Shown piece by piece: positions 7,389 to 16,606 of a stretch of DNA of 64,000 bases. Location: NCBI GenBank assembly GCA_965222605.1, contig OZ244960.1:4864001-4928000 (forward strand). Direction: 5' to 3'. A program made the translations under genes and the position numbers. Each line of letters begins with the position of its first letter. Within the stretch, counting starts at the first letter, position 1. Origin of the DNA: Candidatus Latescibacterota bacterium (lineage in GTDB: Bacteria; Latescibacterota; UBA2968). Under the pieces are notes generated by a model that had not been told where the DNA came from, made no database searches, and worked only from the letters and a program-made list of their open reading frames with translations.

Positions 7389-10300
7389 ATGAAGGATCGG
7401 GATATTAAACTAACACAAGCTCAGAGAGAAGATTTGGACGCGCTTGCGGCGCTGCCCGATGACGAGATAGATACCTCTGATATTCCCGAGGTTTCCGGGG
7501 GGTCTAATTCTGTACGCGGGCTGTTTCATAAGTCCGCCAGTGAGCGGAGTAAGGCGATGGATGAACTTAGAAGCGGACGTCCGTCGGTTACGGATACCTC
7601 TGAACGCGGTTTGGAAGATCGCATTTGCGAGATGTTGGCTGGTAGGGCGGATGAATCGAGTGCGGGTGATGTCGGGGAACGTCCGGCTACTTATGATGTG
7701 GGTTGGCGTTATGGGGATCGCGAGGATTACGACCGCGAGGATTGCGTGGATCTGGCGCAGTTGACGGCTTTTCTGAAGGCGACGCAGCCGAAGGTTGCTG
7801 ACGCGCTGTCTTTGGAGAGCGATGATCCGACGCGGCGCCGGTTTCTCGCCCGGCTGAAGAGCGAGGTTGGCAGGCGCGGTATTGTCGATGCGCTTCGCAA
7901 AGGCGTCAAGCACGGGCCGTATGATATTACGCTTTTTTACGGCGCGCCGTCGCCGGGCAACCGACGGGCAGCGGAGTTTTACGAACAGAATCGCTTTTCG
8001 GTCACGCGCCAGTTGTCATATAGCAATGCCAATAAGCGGCTTGCGCTTGATCTTGCGCTGTTTATCAATGGCTTGCCGGTGGCGACTTTTGAGTTGAAAA
8101 ATAGTCTCACCAAACAGACGGTGGCAGATGCGGTTGAGCAGTACAAACGCGATCGAGATCCGAGGGAGGAACTTTTTCGCATTGGTCGTTGTTTGGCGCA
8201 CTTTGCCGTAGATGAACACGAGGTGATGTTCTGTACGCATCTCAGGGGCAAGTCGTCCTGGTTCCTGCCTTTCAATAAGGGTTGGGATGACGGCGCTGGC
8301 AATCCGCCTAATCCCAATGGTCTCAAGACCGATTATCTGTGGCAGGAGGTTCTGACCCGGCAGAGTTTGACCGATATTATCGAAAATTACGCTCTGCTGG
8401 TGGAATCTGCCGATGTAAAGACGGGGCGCAAGACGCGGACGCAGATTTGGCCGCGCTATCACCAACTGGATGTGGTGCGAAAATTACTGGCGGATGCTGG
8501 AAAAAACGGAGCGGGGCCGCGCTATCTTATCCAGCATTCGGCGGGTAGCGGGAAGTCCAATTCCATCGCCTGGTTGGCGCACCGGCTCATCGGGCTGGAA
8601 AAGGGTGGTGAGACGGTTTTTGATTCTATGATTGTTGTAACTGATCGGATTATTCTGGACCGGCAGATCAATGATACCATCCGGCAATTCGCGCAAGTGG
8701 GTGCGACGGTTGGGCATGCCGAAAGATCTGGCGACTTGCGGCGCTTTATCGACGAAGGTAAGAAAATTATTATTTCTACCGTGCAGAAGTTTCCGTTTAT
8801 TCTGGATGAGATTGGGACAGATCATCGAGGAAGCCGATTTGCCATCATAATTGACGAAGCGCATTCCAGCCAGGGTGGGCGCACGTCCTCGGCGATGGCG
8901 CAGGCACTGGGCGACCATGAGGACGGGGATGATGACGATACTTTTGAAGATAAGATCAACCGCATCATTGAGCAAAAGCGTCTGTTGACCAATGCCAGTT
9001 ATTTTGCCTTTACCGCTACGCCAAAGAATAAGACGCTGGAGTTATTTGGCACACCGTCGCCGCAGCCCGATGGCGCGACAAAGCATCGGTCGTTCCACAA
9101 CTATGCGATGAAACAGGCGATTGAGGAGGGGTTTATTCTGGATGTGCTGGGTAATTATACGCCGGTAACGAGCTACTACCATCTCGCCAAGACGATAGCA
9201 GATGACCCGGAATTTGATACGAAAAAGGCGAAGAAAAAGCTCATCCACTATGTGGAAACACACAGCCATGCCATCCGACTCAAAGCGGAGATTATGGTTG
9301 ATCACTTCCACGAGCAGGTGCTGGCACCGCGCAAAATCGGCGGACAGGCGCGGGCGATGGTCGTAACCGGTGGTATTCAGATGGCGATTGAATACTATCA
9401 CGCCATCCGCGACTATCTGAACGAGCGCAATAGCCCGCACAAAGCTATTGTCGCCTTCTCCGGTGAGACGGATTACGGCGGTGAGAGGGTGAGTGAAGCG
9501 TCGTTGAACGGTTTTCCGTCATCGCAGATTGCCAACAAGATTCAGGAAGATCCCTATCGGCTTCTGGTCTGCGCGGATAAGTTTCAGACGGGCTACGACG
9601 AGCCTCTGCTGCATGTGATGTACGTAGATAAGGTGCTGTCTGGTATCAAAGCAGTGCAAACTCTCTCGCGTCTCAACCGCGCCCACCCCGATAAGCGCGA
9701 TACGTTTGTGCTGGATTTCTACAATGACACTGACATGATAAAGGACGCTTTTGCTGACTACTACCGCACGACTATTTTGGCGGATGAAACCGATCCCAAC
9801 AAGTTGCACGATCTCAAGGCTGCGCTGGATGGCCGGCAGGTTTATTCCGATGAGCAAGTCCAAAATTTAGTAGAGTCGTATTTGAATGGCGATGACCGCG
9901 GGGCTTTCGATCCAATTCTGGACGTCTGCGTGGCGGTCTATCGAAGTGAGCTGGATGAGGACGGGCAAGTTGAATTTAAGGGCAATGCCAAAGCGTTTGT
10001 CCGTTCCTACACCTTCTTAGCTCAAGTGCTTCCCTATGAGAATGTAGCGTGGGAAAAGCTTTCCATTTTTTTGAATTTTCTCGTTCCGAAGCTGCCGACG
10101 CCCGTTACTGAAGATATGTCGCTGGGTATTGAAGGTGCTATTGATATGGATAGCTATCGCGCCGAGAAACAGGCGACGATGCATATTCTGCTGTCTGATG
10201 AGGATGCCGAAATCGAGCCGGTGCCCACAGGTGGTGGCGGCCATAAGCCAGATCCGGAAATGGACCGGCTTTCCAATATTCTCCAGGCGTTTAACGACCT

Positions 10301-10568
10301 TTTTGGCGATATTCCGTGGACCAATGAAGACCGCATACGCAGAATGATTACCGAGGATGTTCCGAGGATGGTTGATGCTGATAGTGCCTATCGCAATGCG
10401 CGGGAACACTCAGATGATCAGAATACGCGCATTGAACACGATAAGGCATTGGAGAAAGCGATCATGGCCCTGCTCACGGATGATACCGAACTCTACAAGC
10501 AATACTCTCAGAATGAAGCGTTTAAGCGTTGGCTGGAAAATAGCGTGTTCGAACTGACCAATCGCTAA
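7389..10568 (+). CDS. hsdR: Type I restriction endonuclease subunit R with N-terminal extension
   Basis: Nuclease motif DL.LFINGLPVATFELKN; QHSAGSGKS; IIDEAHSSQ; FAFTATP; KFQTGYDEPLL; QTLSRLNR. Confidence 0.96.
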   Translation: MKDRDIKLTQAQREDLDALAALPDDEIDTSDIPEVSGGSNSVRGLFHKSASERSKAMDELRSGRPSVTDTSERGLEDRICEMLAGRADESSAGDVGERPATYDVGWRYGDREDYDREDCVDLAQLTAFLKATQPKVADALSLESDDPTRRRFLARLKSEVGRRGIVDALRKGVKHGPYDITLFYGAPSPGNRRAAEFYEQNRFSVTRQLSYSNANKRLALDLALFINGLPVATFELKNSLTKQTVADAVEQYKRDRDPREELFRIGRCLAHFAVDEHEVMFCTHLRGKSSWFLPFNKGWDDGAGNPPNPNGLKTDYLWQEVLTRQSLTDIIENYALLVESADVKTGRKTRTQIWPRYHQLDVVRKLLADAGKNGAGPRYLIQHSAGSGKSNSIAWLAHRLIGLEKGGETVFDSMIVVTDRIILDRQINDTIRQFAQVGATVGHAERSGDLRRFIDEGKKIIISTVQKFPFILDEIGTDHRGSRFAIIIDEAHSSQGGRTSSAMAQALGDHEDGDDDDTFEDKINRIIEQKRLLTNASYFAFTATPKNKTLELFGTPSPQPDGATKHRSFHNYAMKQAIEEGFILDVLGNYTPVTSYYHLAKTIADDPEFDTKKAKKKLIHYVETHSHAIRLKAEIMVDHFHEQVLAPRKIGGQARAMVVTGGIQMAIEYYHAIRDYLNERNSPHKAIVAFSGETDYGGERVSEASLNGFPSSQIANKIQEDPYRLLVCADKFQTGYDEPLLHVMYVDKVLSGIKAVQTLSRLNRAHPDKRDTFVLDFYNDTDMIKDAFADYYRTTILADETDPNKLHDLKAALDGRQVYSDEQVQNLVESYLNGDDRGAFDPILDVCVAVYRSELDEDGQVEFKGNAKAFVRSYTFLAQVLPYENVAWEKLSIFLNFLVPKLPTPVTEDMSLGIEGAIDMDSYRAEKQATMHILLSDEDAEIEPVPTGGGGHKPDPEMDRLSNILQAFNDLFGDIPWTNEDRIRRMITEDVPRMVDADSAYRNAREHSDDQNTRIEHDKALEKAIMALLTDDTELYKQYSQNEAFKRWLENSVFELTNR

Positions 10569-10575
10569 CGCCAAA

Positions 10576-10630
10576 TACGCCGCGTAGTTTAAAAAACAGC
10601 CCGTCTAAAAAATTGGATGGGTTATTTTTT
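10576..10630 (+). repeat. Direct repeat C, copy 1 (terminator-like hairpin)
   Basis: CCGCGTAGTTTAAAAAACAGCCCGTCTAAAAAATTGGATGGGTTATTTTTT; near-identical to 12847-12900. Confidence 0.85.
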
Positions 10631-10787
10631 TATTCGCAGTCTTGAAGATGCGGGCAAAGTTGACTATACTAAACGCAGCCTTGAATATGCGTTCTTTGAG
10701 TGTCTGGGCGAGAACAGTGTCGCGGACATTCTGACGTTGGTGCGGAGGCAAAGGGCTATTGAGCCAAATTATCGCAGGCGGTTTCTA

Positions 10788-12710
10788 ATGGCAGAACTAC
10801 GATTCGACATCACGCCGTTTCTGAATCAAGACGAAGGTCAGCACTTTGATCGCAAGTCTTTGTATGAAGGGATAGGTGAGGCCAAACGGTCACGTAATCG
10901 CCGCGCCGTGCGGGACCAGGTTGCGGAGTACATCGCTGCTTTCGCTAATGCCGAAGGTGGCGTATTGATCCTGGGCATAGAGGATGACCGCACCATTACT
11001 GGACACCGGCTACCGCAGGATGCCTTGAGCAATATCCTGAATACCCCGGGCACTCGTTTGCAGCCCGCACAACCCGATGGTTTTATTATGCATGTTGAAG
11101 GGCGCGAACTGATTGTTTTTGATGTACCGGCTTCGGATGTTCCCGTTCAAGTAATCGGGGATGGATTCCCGTTGCGAATGGGTGACCAGACAGTGCAATC
11201 CAGCGAGAGCCAAATCAATACGCTCAAGTTTGAAGGTATGGCGGAGAGTTGGGAAAGCCGACGGTCATCAATTACTTTGGCTGATTTGGATGAGCGACTG
11301 TTAGAGCGCGCGCGACAAGGGGCGGGTTTATCCGCTTTGAGTGATGAGGAGTACTTGCTCAAGCGCAAATTGGCCGACCGCCGTGGGCAAGGGATCGTGC
11401 TTCGAAATGCTGCGGAGTTGCTCTTTGCCCGTTATGGACCGGACCATCCCAATGCCGGTGTTCGCCTTTTTCGCGTCATTGGCACCCAGCGACATACTGG
11501 ACCCGAGCACAATGTCGAAGAACGCCCGCGTTGTGAAGGCAACTTGCCTGCGGTCATATCGGAAATTCGCACTGTCATCAGCAGTTTGCTGCGACGTCCT
11601 ATGCGGCTCGTGGGTAGCCGCTTTCAGGAATCCGCCGAATATCCGGATTTTGCGTGGCTGGAGGCATTGCTCAATGCCATCGCGCACCGCGATTATAGAG
11701 TTGAAGGCGCAGGCATTGAGGTCTGGCTATTCGATGACCGCATGGAAGTGGTCAGTCCCGGCGGTCTGGTAGGCAACTTGACTACAGAAGAGTTGCTCAC
11801 GCTCAAGCGCGTTCATCACAGCCGCAATCCTCGCGTTATTCGAGTGCTTGTAGATCTCGGTCTCGCACGCGACCAGGGCGAGGGTATTCCGCGGATGTTT
11901 GCAGAGATGGAAGACGCTTTTTTGCCAAGGCCAGATATAGATGCTACCAACCGAAGTGTTACAGTTACGCTTCGGAATACGCTTACCCTAAATGCTATCG
12001 ATCGAGAATTTATCTCGGCTCTCGGCGACCTTGAGCTTTCTCGCAATGAGTTTCGGACATTGCTTTACACCTATCGTCATGGTCAGATAGACAATGCCAG
12101 GTTGCGTGCTTTATCCGGTCTCGACACTTTAAATGCCAGTTACCTTTTGCGCGGCCTCCGCGACCGGGATTTGTTGGCGCTTCATTCTCACGGTCCCAAC
12201 AGCTACTACACACTGACTTCTGTTCTGACATCGAAAGTTGGAGATTACAAAGCGAAAGGTGAGGAGCTCGGCACGGATGCAGAGGAGTTCAGTACGGATA
12301 TAGAGGAGCTCGGCACGGATGCAGAGGAGTTCAGTACGGATATAGAGGAGCTCGGCACGGATGCAGAGGAGTTCAGTACGGATATAGAGGAGCTCGGCAC
12401 GGATGCAGAGGAGTTCAGTACGGATACGGGTAAGCTTCCCAACGACATCAAAGCAGCTATTGACCAACTTGGCCGGCGACCACGTCGAGAGAATCTACGC
12501 CCCGTCATTCGTGCAATATGCGATCAAGGGAGATGGGTAACTTCCGCTGAACTCGCCCAACTCCTCAACTTCCACCAAAATAACCTGATGTCGGCACACA
12601 TCACTCCGATGATACATAGCGGAGAACTTGAGTCACGCTTTCCAGACAAGCCTAATCATCCTCGCCAAGCTTACCGAGCCGTTGTATCCCAACACCCTGA
12701 AACAAGTTAG
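10788..12710 (+). CDS. AlbA_2 (Schlafen-like) + HATPase_c_4 + wHTH + tandem-repeat linker + C-terminal HTH protein
   Basis: DEGQHFDRKS...IAAFANAEGG.LILGIEDD; EALLNAIAHRDY...SPGGL...SRNP; C-terminal ...PDKPNHPRQAY. ATG 10788 is the likely start (ORF is open from 10617). Confidence 0.85.
   Translation: MAELRFDITPFLNQDEGQHFDRKSLYEGIGEAKRSRNRRAVRDQVAEYIAAFANAEGGVLILGIEDDRTITGHRLPQDALSNILNTPGTRLQPAQPDGFIMHVEGRELIVFDVPASDVPVQVIGDGFPLRMGDQTVQSSESQINTLKFEGMAESWESRRSSITLADLDERLLERARQGAGLSALSDEEYLLKRKLADRRGQGIVLRNAAELLFARYGPDHPNAGVRLFRVIGTQRHTGPEHNVEERPRCEGNLPAVISEIRTVISSLLRRPMRLVGSRFQESAEYPDFAWLEALLNAIAHRDYRVEGAGIEVWLFDDRMEVVSPGGLVGNLTTEELLTLKRVHHSRNPRVIRVLVDLGLARDQGEGIPRMFAEMEDAFLPRPDIDATNRSVTVTLRNTLTLNAIDREFISALGDLELSRNEFRTLLYTYRHGQIDNARLRALSGLDTLNASYLLRGLRDRDLLALHSHGPNSYYTLTSVLTSKVGDYKAKGEELGTDAEEFSTDIEELGTDAEEFSTDIEELGTDAEEFSTDIEELGTDAEEFSTDTGKLPNDIKAAIDQLGRRPRRENLRPVIRAICDQGRWVTSAELAQLLNFHQNNLMSAHITPMIHSGELESRFPDKPNHPRQAYRAVVSQHPETS
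12261..12426 (+). repeat. Intragenic VNTR, 4 x 42 bp (EELGTDAEEFSTDI)
   Basis: GAGGAGCTCGGCACGGATGCAGAGGAGTTCAGTACGGATATA repeated four times; each unit is two related 21-mers. Confidence 0.97.
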
Positions 12711-12756
12711 GCTTTCCCTTCCTTGGCCGACAAATAACGTGTGACCAATCCCTAAT

Positions 12757-12799
12757 TGGTCTATCAAAAAATTTGCTAATATTTTTTTTTGATAGACTG
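12757..12799. terminator. AT-rich hairpin
   Basis: GTCTATCAAAAAA...TTTTTTGATAGAC inverted repeat after the AlbA_2 gene. Confidence 0.55.
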
Positions 12800-12846
12800 G
12801 ATTACGGCTCAACACCATGCCGCAATGACACCCGTTGTTCGTCAGG

Positions 12847-12900
12847 TACTCCGCGTAGTTAAAAAATAGCCCGTCCAAAAAGTTGGATGGGCTGTTTTGT
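12847..12900 (+). repeat. Direct repeat C, copy 2 (bidirectional terminator-like)
   Basis: CCGCGTAGTTAAAAAATAGCCCGTCCAAAAAGTTGGATGGGCTGTTTTG. Confidence 0.85.
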
Positions 12901-12919
12901 TCGTTCGTACACTGAATCG

Positions 12920-13249
12920 TTATTCGGGCCACTTCATGATGGGTTCTTCATCTTCCTTTTCCAAAGATAAAGTTTCCTGAAAAGGTTCGTGGTCGAGGCG
13001 ATCACCCAGGATAACGGTTAGCACGGCACCGCCTACAAATGCGGTTATGAATCGCGCACCTGAAAAGAAGGCGATGGCCGCAGCTATGAGGCTGTTGCTG
13101 ATTACAGCGGTGATTATGAGGTCATCTGGCTCAGAAGTGCTGCGGCGTTTATAGGTTTTATCAAATAGCATGCGGAGGGCATTGCCAGCTACTGTGCCGA
13201 TCAAGGCGAAGATTACGAGCAAAATTATGGAAAATAGTCGAAAGATCAT
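12920..13249 (-). CDS. Small hypothetical membrane protein
   Basis: 109 aa with 2-3 hydrophobic segments; AAGGA RBS. Confidence 0.7.
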   Translation of the reverse strand: MIFRLFSIILLVIFALIGTVAGNALRMLFDKTYKRRSTSEPDDLIITAVISNSLIAAAIAFFSGARFITAFVGGAVLTVILGDRLDHEPFQETLSLEKEDEEPIMKWPE

Positions 13250-13275
13250 GGGGTGTCCTTAGAAATAATGGGTCA

Positions 13276-13677
13276 TTATGGATTATTGTCAAACCCGCCT
13301 TCACGCGCCTGGCGGGTCATTTCTTGGATGAGTTTGGGGGCGGGGTCTTCCCATCCTTCGGGTTTGAGTATTTTGCCGTCTTCTCGGCGAATGACTTTTC
13401 CGTTTACGACTTTTTGCATGTTTGCATTGTGAACGATATCGAACAACGGGTCGAGGTTGATGCCGTTGCGTACGGCAAAATCGCAGATGTAGTAAATCGC
13501 ATCGACGAGCGCGTCAGCCTGTTCTGTGACGGTCTGCGCGGCCATTAGCTCGTCCAGTTCGTCGTTGACCATTTGTCGTATAAATGCGATGCCTTCTGGT
13601 GTCATATTTTGCGGATGCGCTGGCAGGTCGTCGTTACAGGCCATTGTAAATTCGCGCACTTGAGCTGTGTATCCCAT
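13276..13677 (-). CDS. All-alpha NTP pyrophosphohydrolase (MazG/PRA-PH/dUTPase-like)
   Basis: DELDEL...QADALVDAIY...FDIVHNANMQK...REDGKILKPEGW..P; AGGAG RBS before ATG 13677. Confidence 0.85.
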   Translation of the reverse strand: MGYTAQVREFTMACNDDLPAHPQNMTPEGIAFIRQMVNDELDELMAAQTVTEQADALVDAIYYICDFAVRNGINLDPLFDIVHNANMQKVVNGKVIRREDGKILKPEGWEDPAPKLIQEMTRQAREGGFDNNP

Positions 13678-13903
13678 GCGTACTCCTGGTGAAAGGTAAG
13701 GGAGCCTGCCCCTGCATGTTTTAAGCAGGGGTGAGACGTGTGCGTTAGAAATTACTCTGATCGGGGGGGCTATGCAACACAATGTTTATGCGGTTCATTT
13801 TGATTGCGCGTTTTTGGTCTTTGACTTTTGGGCGTTGCGTCTATATTTTTTGGCGCGATATTTTGTTGTCTGGTGAACTATGATGCGAAAGGATTTAGAT
13901 TAC

Positions 13904-15130
13904 ATGGCGAGTATTAATGCAAATTATGACAAATTGGCTGCGGGGTATTTGTTTCCCGAGATTGCGCGGCGGACGCAGATTTTTCTCGATGCCCATCCAG
14001 AAGTTTCCGTGATGCGGTTGGGCATTGGCAATACGACTGAACCGCTGACCAAAAGCGTGATTGCCGGTTTGCACGATGCGGTGGATCAGATGGCGCGTGT
14101 GGAGACGTATCGCGGCTATGCCGATGGTGGAGAAGGCGAGCCTGAGATGCGGGAGGCTCTGGCGAAACGCTATGCAAAATACGGGGTTGAACTCGATGCG
14201 TCTGAGGTTTTTGTGAGTGATGGGGCCAAGTCGGATTCGGCGAATATTCAGTCGATTTTTGGTATGGATAATGTGATTGCTGTGCAGGATCCGGCATATC
14301 CGGTATATGTTGATAGCAATGTGATTTCCGGACGGACGGGCGATGCGGTGAACGATCAGTACGAAGGACTGGTTTATATGCCGTGTAAAGAAGAGAATGG
14401 TTTTATACCCGAGGTGCCAGATCAAAAGGTGGATTTGATCTATATTTGCAGCCCGAATAATCCAACAGGTGCCGTGGCAACCCGAGCGCAGCTTCAGGCG
14501 TTTGTAGATTATGCGATAGAACACAAGGCGGTGATTATTTACGATGCGGCTTATGCCGGGTACATCTCCGATGCGGCTTTGCCGCGGAGTATTTACGAGG
14601 TTGAGGGGGCAAAGTCCTGCGCGATTGAGATCAATAGTTTTTCCAAAGATACCGGGTTTACGGGCGTGCGTCTGGGATGGACGGTTGTGCCGATGGATCT
14701 CATTGTGGAAGATGCAGGGGCGGGCAAATTGAATACGCTGTGGGGCAGGCGCCAAAATACGTTTTTTAACGGTGCTTCGAATATTGTGCAACTGGGTGCT
14801 TTGTCGGTGTTTACAGAAGAAGGCGAGCGAGAATGCCAGGAGATGATTGCGTATTATATGGAAAATGCACGCATTATTCGGGCGGGTCTGAGAAGTATTG
14901 GGCTGACGGTTTTTGGCGGTGTACACGCGCCCTATTTGTGGCTCAAGACGCCGAATAGCATGTCGTCGTGGGACTTTTTTGACAAGTTGTTGTCAGAAGC
15001 CCATGTCGTCGGTACACCGGGGTCGGGTTTTGGACCTGCTGGCGAAGGTTATTTTCGCTTGAGTTCGTTTGGACATCGAGAAGATGTCGAGCGGGCAGTG
15101 GCGAGTATTCAGGCGAATTTGAAGATTTGA
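13904..15130 (+). CDS. dapL: LL-diaminopimelate aminotransferase
   Basis: YLFPEIARR, SDGAKSD, DPAYPVYVD, CSPNNPTG, SFSK.TGFTGVRLG, GEGYFRLSSF. Confidence 0.95.
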   Translation: MASINANYDKLAAGYLFPEIARRTQIFLDAHPEVSVMRLGIGNTTEPLTKSVIAGLHDAVDQMARVETYRGYADGGEGEPEMREALAKRYAKYGVELDASEVFVSDGAKSDSANIQSIFGMDNVIAVQDPAYPVYVDSNVISGRTGDAVNDQYEGLVYMPCKEENGFIPEVPDQKVDLIYICSPNNPTGAVATRAQLQAFVDYAIEHKAVIIYDAAYAGYISDAALPRSIYEVEGAKSCAIEINSFSKDTGFTGVRLGWTVVPMDLIVEDAGAGKLNTLWGRRQNTFFNGASNIVQLGALSVFTEEGERECQEMIAYYMENARIIRAGLRSIGLTVFGGVHAPYLWLKTPNSMSSWDFFDKLLSEAHVVGTPGSGFGPAGEGYFRLSSFGHREDVERAVASIQANLKI

Positions 15131-15139
15131 GGTGAACAG

Positions 15140-16585
15140 ATGACGCAGTCCAATCCGAACATCATTTTTATTCTGGCTGATGATATGGGCTATGGGGATC
15201 TGGCGTGCCAGAATGCGGAGTCTAAAATCCCAACGCCCAATCTGGACCGGCTGGCGTCGCAGGGGGTTCGCTTTACCGATGCCCACGCGCCGTCCAGCGT
15301 TTGCACGCCGTCGCGCTATGCGATTCTTACAGGGCGGTATTCGTGGCGCACCCGGTTGCAAGGCGGCGTGTTGTGGCCCTGGGATCCGCCTTTGATTGAA
15401 CCGGGGCGAACGACGGTGGCGGCATTGCTGCGAGATCAAGGGTATCGCACGGCCTGTATTGGGAAGTGGCATTTGGGATGGAACTGGGAGACGAAGAATG
15501 GACGTGCGGCCTATGAAGGCGCGGAATACGGGGTGCTGGATAGGGATCAGCGGTATGAATTGGGCAAGAATATCGATTTTAGTAAGCCGGTCACTGGCGG
15601 GCCTATAGAATGTGGATTTGATTATTATTTTGGCGATGATGTACCCAATTTCCCACCTTATACATGGTTTGAAAACGATGGGTTGGTGGATGCGCCAGTT
15701 GAAGAGAAGCCCGAGGAGATGTTTGGATCGCCCGGGGCTATGGCGCCGGGCTGGTCTCTCGAAGCGGTGATGCCAACGTTGACCCAACGCGCGGTTCAAT
15801 ATATTGAGGCGGCGGATGAACAACCGTTTTTTTTGTATTTTCCACTGACTGCGCCGCATACGCCGATTGTTCCAATAGATGAGTTTAAGGGTATGAGCGA
15901 GGCTGGTGATTACGGAGATTTTGTGTGTGAGGTGGATTGGACTGTGGGCGAGGTGATGGCGGCACTTGATCGAAAAGGGATTGCCGAGAATACGCTGATT
16001 ATTTTTACCAGCGATAATGGGCCGGAGAGTTTTGCCTATAGACGGGTCCAGGAATACGATCATTACAGTATGGATGGCTTGCGGGGGTTAAAACGCGATG
16101 TGTGGGAAGGCGGGCACCGGGTTCCGTTTATTGCGAGCTGGCCCGATCAGATTGAGGGGGGCAGGGTTTGCGATGAAGTGATTTGCCTGTCCGATTTTAT
16201 GACTACGGCGGCGGCGATAAGCGGCGCGTCTTTGTCGGAAGATATGGGTGAAGATAGTTATGATATATTGCCCGCATTTTTAGATGAGACTTTTGATACG
16301 CCCATCCGAGAGGCGACTGTGCATCACAGCATTCGGGGGAAGTTCGCCATTCGAAAGGGGCGTTGGGTGTTGATTGATGCGCCGAGTGGAGATGATAATG
16401 CAGAACCGGATTGGTTTGTGGAAGAACGCGGGTATGTGCCACACGATCATCCGGGCGAACTTTTTGATCTCGAACGCGATCGGATTGAGCGATTTAATTG
16501 TTATGCAGACTATCCCGAGATTGTTGAAGAACTCAAGACATTGCTCGAGAGGTATAAGCGAGAAGGTCGAAGTGTTTCGCGCTGA
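15140..16585 (+). CDS. Arylsulfatase-family sulfatase
   Basis: PNIIFILADDMGYGD, CTPSR formylglycine motif, GKWHLG, SDNG. Confidence 0.93.
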   Translation: MTQSNPNIIFILADDMGYGDLACQNAESKIPTPNLDRLASQGVRFTDAHAPSSVCTPSRYAILTGRYSWRTRLQGGVLWPWDPPLIEPGRTTVAALLRDQGYRTACIGKWHLGWNWETKNGRAAYEGAEYGVLDRDQRYELGKNIDFSKPVTGGPIECGFDYYFGDDVPNFPPYTWFENDGLVDAPVEEKPEEMFGSPGAMAPGWSLEAVMPTLTQRAVQYIEAADEQPFFLYFPLTAPHTPIVPIDEFKGMSEAGDYGDFVCEVDWTVGEVMAALDRKGIAENTLIIFTSDNGPESFAYRRVQEYDHYSMDGLRGLKRDVWEGGHRVPFIASWPDQIEGGRVCDEVICLSDFMTTAAAISGASLSEDMGEDSYDILPAFLDETFDTPIREATVHHSIRGKFAIRKGRWVLIDAPSGDDNAEPDWFVEERGYVPHDHPGELFDLERDRIERFNCYADYPEIVEELKTLLERYKREGRSVSR

Positions 16586-16606
16586 TCTGAGATGAGGGAT
16601 GATTTT

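Noticed and set aside
12261-12426. 42-bp repeats as CRISPR
   Set aside because: Head-to-tail with no spacers, and in frame within a CDS.
13680-13900. Lysine riboswitch upstream of dapL
   Set aside because: No recognisable L-box motifs; only a short CCCCTGC/GCAGGGG hairpin in a divergent promoter region.
13895-16063. Long antisense ORFs (343 and 356 aa), and similar shadow ORFs elsewhere
   Set aside because: They lie opposite well-supported genes and have no recognisable motifs.
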